Origin: Planctomycetota bacterium
GTDB taxonomy: Bacteria; Planctomycetota; UBA1135; UBA2386
Direction of reading: 5' to 3'
Assembly: GCA_947501605.1 (NCBI GenBank)
Contig: CANMWZ010000003.1
Location: forward strand, 32,001-96,000
Length of the DNA: 64,000 nt
The notes under the pieces were generated by a model. The model saw only the letters and a list, made by a program, of their open reading frames with translations, ran no database searches and was not told the DNA's origin. The position numbers and the translations under genes are program-made. Positions 60,130 through 64,000 of the stretch are shown in pieces (within the stretch, counting starts at the first letter, position 1; every line of letters starts with the position of its first letter).

Positions 60130-61590
60130 TCAGAGCCGAGCGATCGAATGTGCCCGTTGCTCGGCGTCGAAACTGCTTGCGAGGCACAGGCACAGGGCGG
60201 CTTGGTCCGCAAGCAAATCTGGAGTCCTTACCGCGCAGACGCGCCGCAGTTCCAATTGCCAGCGGGCGTAGCCGAGATGCTGCGGCTGCCGTGTTGCGGC
60301 CAGCTGCTGCAGGGCCAAGTAGTCCGGCACGAGCCCATCCGGGCGCCAGCGACGCAGCAGCCGTTCCAGTTCGTCGCGCTCCGAACCATCGATCAGGTCC
60401 TCGAAGCCGTAGACCAACGCCGTCGGCACCTCGGGGGTTTCGTTGCGGAACGAGCGCCGCTCGTGCAGCTGAGCCAGCAGCAAGAGCCGAACTACCATCG
60501 CCTGACTGCCGTCGATGCCGAAGGCCGGGGCGAAGCGCAAGAACCGACCCGCGGCAGCGAGGTTGGCAGCAGGTTCCACGGCCTGCAGCATGCGCGGCCG
60601 GCGACGCGACCACACTTCATCGCTGACGTCGAGCACACTCTCAACCCAACGCGACCCGTGGGCAGCCAACAGGTCCAGGCGGGCCGCGGCCGTGGTGGCC
60701 GCCACTTCACCAAGCGCGCACAACGCCATCGCCAGCACGCCGCCCTCGAGCCGCGGCAAGGAGGCCTCGAGCCGACGGGTCGCGGTGGCCACAACGTCTC
60801 GACGATCACCACCCGCGGCAACCAAAGCGCGAAGGCACAACGCCAGCGCGTAGGGGTCGGCGTCGTCCGAGGCCAGAAGCGCGACACTGATGATATCGGC
60901 CAACTGCTGCACTCGATCTTCGACGGCGTCGAAGAGGCCGCGGTCACGCAGCACGGCCCGTCGCTGGTCAGCAGTCACGCGCAGTTCATGGTCGATGCGC
61001 AGCACCGCGATGGCATTGCGCGGCGAGAGCCACTCCGACAGCCGTTGTTCGACGCCAGCCTCCTGGTAACGCTGCCAAGCCGCACTCAGCAACGAGTCTG
61101 GCTCCATTCGCTTGGTCGCGTCGAACGCGAGCGCCATCGTCGAGGTCATCGCCTCTGGTCGGTAGGGCGCCGGCACAACTTCTGGAACGCGTGGGATCGG
61201 CGGCGGCGTATGGGACAGCGGATTGCGCTGGCGAAGTTGCAGCGGATCCGCGGCAGAAAGGAGCGCGAAAATCACCGCAGCCGCCGCGCTTGCAAGGAGC
61301 CACGGGAGGATCGGTGCTGGCCGCCTCGCTTGATAGCGCTCGGTGGCGCGCGCCTGCAGGGCCACGACTCGCTTCGTCCAGGCCTCGCTTGGCTGCACTG
61401 TGAGGGCGCGCATGCGTTCGATGACATCGCGCACTTCACTGAAGTCGATGGCTGCCATCGGGTCGTCGGCGACCTGCTGCCGCAGCGCCTCGAGGTCCTG
61501 CGTCCGGCCCTGACCGATCGCGAGTTCGACCCAACTGGCCCGATCGTTCGCCGAGCCTGCCCCGCATTCGTCTAGCGGCGCCTCGCTCAT
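60130..61590 (-). CDS. Putative membrane-anchored anti-sigma factor with large helical extracytoplasmic domain
   Basis: Coupled (ATGA) to the ECF sigma; short cytoplasmic N-domain, single TM (WLLASAAAAVIFALL), long helical C-domain. Confidence 0.6.
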   Translation of the reverse strand: MSEAPLDECGAGSANDRASWVELAIGQGRTQDLEALRQQVADDPMAAIDFSEVRDVIERMRALTVQPSEAWTKRVVALQARATERYQARRPAPILPWLLASAAAAVIFALLSAADPLQLRQRNPLSHTPPPIPRVPEVVPAPYRPEAMTSTMALAFDATKRMEPDSLLSAAWQRYQEAGVEQRLSEWLSPRNAIAVLRIDHELRVTADQRRAVLRDRGLFDAVEDRVQQLADIISVALLASDDADPYALALCLRALVAAGGDRRDVVATATRRLEASLPRLEGGVLAMALCALGEVAATTAAARLDLLAAHGSRWVESVLDVSDEVWSRRRPRMLQAVEPAANLAAAGRFLRFAPAFGIDGSQAMVVRLLLLAQLHERRSFRNETPEVPTALVYGFEDLIDGSERDELERLLRRWRPDGLVPDYLALQQLAATRQPQHLGYARWQLELRRVCAVRTPDLLADQAALCLCLASSFDAEQRAHSIARL

Positions 61591-62237
61591 CGTCCGTCGC
61601 CTGTGCGCCGAGAGAAACCTTGGGCATCGCCATCGCTCTCGGAAGGTCGCTGCTGCCCGTCCGAGGGAGCCAACTGCTGCTTCAACGCCGCGACCGCGTT
61701 GTGCATGCGCGACTTGATGGTGCCGACTGGGATACCCAGAAGCTCACTGATCTCCGCGTAGGGTCGCTCTTGATAGACGGCCAGTTCGAAGACAATGCGG
61801 TGCGGTTCTGTCAGGGTCTCGAGCGCCAACCGCAGCTGCCGCTTCTCTTCGCCGTCGCTGGCGATCTCCATGGGTGCTGGCTCGTGCCCAGGCAGGTCCA
61901 TCGGCGATGCATCGTGCGTAGCTTGGTCGAGCGAGAAGAGGCGCCGATGCGGTCGCTGGGCGCGGTAGTAGTCGATCCAAAGGTTGGTGGCGACGCGGTA
62001 GACGAAGGTCGACAGCTTGCCCTCGGGCCGGTAGCGCCGACAGTTCTGCATCAGCTTTAGGAACAAGTCCTGACCGAGGTCCTCGGCGCGGTCTCGGTCC
62101 CAGCACAGTCGGTAGAAGAACTGGATCATCCGCGCCTGGTAGTGATCGACCAGCGCCCGAAACGCGTTGGGATCGCCATCGCGAAAAGCGACCAGCAGGT
62201 CGTCATCGCGGTCAGGGTCAACGGTTCGCTTTCTCAC
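61587..62237 (-). CDS. ECF RNA polymerase sigma-70 factor
   Basis: AEDLGQDLF, FVYRVATNLWID (region 2); YAEISELLGIPVGTIKSRMH (region 4). Confidence 0.95.
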   Translation of the reverse strand: MRKRTVDPDRDDDLLVAFRDGDPNAFRALVDHYQARMIQFFYRLCWDRDRAEDLGQDLFLKLMQNCRRYRPEGKLSTFVYRVATNLWIDYYRAQRPHRRLFSLDQATHDASPMDLPGHEPAPMEIASDGEEKRQLRLALETLTEPHRIVFELAVYQERPYAEISELLGIPVGTIKSRMHNAVAALKQQLAPSDGQQRPSESDGDAQGFSRRTGDGR

Positions 62238-62299
62238 AGTCGAGGTTCCAGGACAGACGAGCAGGCAACGGCGCCGGTGTTATCCCGGTTCAACGACGA

Positions 62300-62800
62300 T
62301 CACGGATTCTCGCGCCAACGGGCAAGCCAGGGGAAGTCCTCGGCATCGGCGCAGCGAAAACTGCACAGCCTACCGCCTTCGGGCGAAGGGGACAGCTCGA
62401 GCCAGAGGGCCGAAGCCGGCACCAGTTCGGCAATGCGGTCGGCCCATTCCACGACGGCCAGGGAAGACGGCTGAAACAGGTACTCGAGCCCGCCGTCGTC
62501 GAGAAAGCCCTTCAACTTCTGCGGCAGATAGGCGTCGGCGTGGAGAAGGGGGACTCTACCACCGTGCTCGACGACCAGCAGATACGTCGGGCTGGCGACT
62601 TCGTCCGGATGATCCACTCCAAGTCCGCGAGCTAGCCCGCGCACCAAAGTCGTCTTGCCCGCGCCGACCTCGCCAACAAGTGCCAGGGTGCAACCCGCAC
62701 CGAGGTGGCACCCGAGCTGTTCGCCCAGACGCTCGGTGGCCGCCTCGTCCGCCGGCAGGCGCAGACTGAGGACCTCAGACAGCCGCGATCGCATGCTCAT
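62300..62800 (-). CDS. tsaE: tRNA threonylcarbamoyladenosine biosynthesis ATPase TsaE
   Basis: LVGEVGAGKTTLVRG, VASPTY, HADAY, VVEWADR. Confidence 0.93.
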   Translation of the reverse strand: MSMRSRLSEVLSLRLPADEAATERLGEQLGCHLGAGCTLALVGEVGAGKTTLVRGLARGLGVDHPDEVASPTYLLVVEHGGRVPLLHADAYLPQKLKGFLDDGGLEYLFQPSSLAVVEWADRIAELVPASALWLELSPSPEGGRLCSFRCADAEDFPWLARWRENP

Positions 62801-63698
62801 GGCCCAGGGGCTTCAACGGGCAGCGGCTGCCGTCGCGGACCAGCCAGAGTCCTGGCTCATCGATCACACGGCCGATCGGACGTCTGGCCCGCATCGTCAG
62901 CGGGCCGCCCCGGGGCAGCAGGCGACCAGCGGCAACGGTGAACAGCAGTTCGTGGTCCTCGCCATCCGACAAGGCCGCCGCCAAAGCGCGCTGGCGGTCG
63001 CCCTTCGCGCGCCGTCTTGCTGCCGCCGCAATGGGCACCGCGCCCGCATCGATCTCCGCACCGGCGACCGAAGAGGCATGCAGCAAGGTCCAGAGATCCA
63101 GAAGCAAACCGTCGCTCACGTCCATCATCGCCGTCACAGGAGTCGTCGCGCGCGCGAGCCAGCGCCCTTCGGCCAGGGGCGGGCGAAACGTCAGGTGCTT
63201 CCCACCGAGGCTGCCGCCCAGCGGCCCAGTGACGTGGATCGCGTCGCCGGGGCTCGCTCCGCTGCGCAAGAGCGCACGACCTTCGAGGTGCCCAACTGCG
63301 GTCACGGTGACCACCAGCGGCCCAGCGATCGCCGACACGTCGCCGCCGACCACGAAGCATCCACCCCGCGTCGCGGCATCACGCAAGCCCCGCAGCAAGC
63401 GTTCGAGGTCGCGCTCTGCCAGCCGGCGCGGCAGCAGTAGCGACACGAGCAGGTAGTCCGGCACAGCACCCATCGCGGCGAGATCCGCAAGGTTGCGATT
63501 GACGGCTTTCCGGCCGACGAGCCGGAGATCCGTCCCCGGTTCGAAGTGAATCCCTTCGACCACTGGATCCACACAAAGGACGGACTGGGCCGATCGATTG
63601 GCGACCACTGCTGCATCGTCGCCAATCGCGATGGCCGCATCGCGCGGCGCCGGGAAGAACCGCTTCAGCCGAGCTGTGAGCGCACGTTCAGCGCCCAC
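62775..63698 (-). CDS. thiL: Thiamine-monophosphate kinase
   Basis: IGDDAA, EGIHF, NLADLAAMGA, VGGD, RSGASPGD, MMDVSDGL, GEDHELLFT. Confidence 0.95.
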   Translation of the reverse strand: MGAERALTARLKRFFPAPRDAAIAIGDDAAVVANRSAQSVLCVDPVVEGIHFEPGTDLRLVGRKAVNRNLADLAAMGAVPDYLLVSLLLPRRLAERDLERLLRGLRDAATRGGCFVVGGDVSAIAGPLVVTVTAVGHLEGRALLRSGASPGDAIHVTGPLGGSLGGKHLTFRPPLAEGRWLARATTPVTAMMDVSDGLLLDLWTLLHASSVAGAEIDAGAVPIAAAARRRAKGDRQRALAAALSDGEDHELLFTVAAGRLLPRGGPLTMRARRPIGRVIDEPGLWLVRDGSRCPLKPLGHEHAIAAV

Positions 63699-64000
63699 GG
63701 ATTTCCTCGTTCGCGAAACTCGGACCCGGGACCACAAAGATGACTACCCCCAACACCCGGCTGCGCGACAGCGGACCAAAGACTCGACTGTCAGGCAGCA
63801 GCGACTGGGCATTGTCGTTGCGCACGACGATCCGATCGTCCGGAGTCACTTCGAGAACTCTCGACAACAAGGTTCCGCCGTCCGGCACCTCCACGAAGAC
63901 CTCGTGACCGACACCGGCTTGCGACACCCGCTTGTCGAGGACGCACAAGGACTCTGGCGGAATCGTTGGCATGGTGTCCATCCCGAGTGGGACCTTCACC
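63688..64000 (-). CDS. S24/S26 (signal peptidase I / SodX-like) fold protein, 5' truncated, catalytic motifs degenerate
   Basis: GMDTMPTI, LLSRV, VRNDN...DSRVFGPL..SRVLGVV. Confidence 0.6.
   Translation of the reverse strand, partial: VKVPLGMDTMPTIPPESLCVLDKRVSQAGVGHEVFVEVPDGGTLLSRVLEVTPDDRIVVRNDNAQSLLPDSRVFGPLSRSRVLGVVIFVVPGPSFANEEIRGR

Noticed and set aside
59701..61575. 624-aa plus-strand ORF
   Set aside because: Antisense to the anti-sigma-like gene and the tolC start; no motifs.

Overview
High-GC bacterial chromosome segment with dense coding. It is probably an uncultured Planctomycetota lineage; this is inferred from the secreted HEAT-repeat proteins, the sulfatase with a C-terminal 'Q..V.DP.AN..GL..S' domain, and the ECF/anti-sigma pair. 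Most genes are housekeeping: M32 carboxypeptidase, HtrA, a PhoB/PhoR-like two-component system, thiC with a TPP riboswitch, cvpA, purC, mtnA, uppP, ald, tRNA-Val(GAC), purM, dxr, rseP, cca, tolC, ECF sigma, tsaE and thiL. The main accessory feature is a complete quinohemoprotein amine dehydrogenase (QHNDH/CTQ) biogenesis cluster at 11727-20832: ABC exporter, qhpA, radical SAM qhpD, qhpC, qhpB and S8 protease qhpE on the minus strand, plus a convergent FAD monooxygenase qhpG. Its gamma peptide keeps all canonical crosslink residues but adds a fifth Cys in a second C-x5-D motif (possible fourth thioether ring), has a remodelled active-site loop, and pairs with a beta subunit that looks lipid-anchored. 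A good XerC/XerD dif-like site (20928-20955) lies about 95 bp upstream of that operon. Several proteins look like pseudo-enzymes: a sensorless degenerate histidine kinase, a Ser-less alpha/beta hydrolase and a Ser/Lys-less S26 peptidase. All calls come from motif recognition by eye with no database searches, and many start codons are my estimates.
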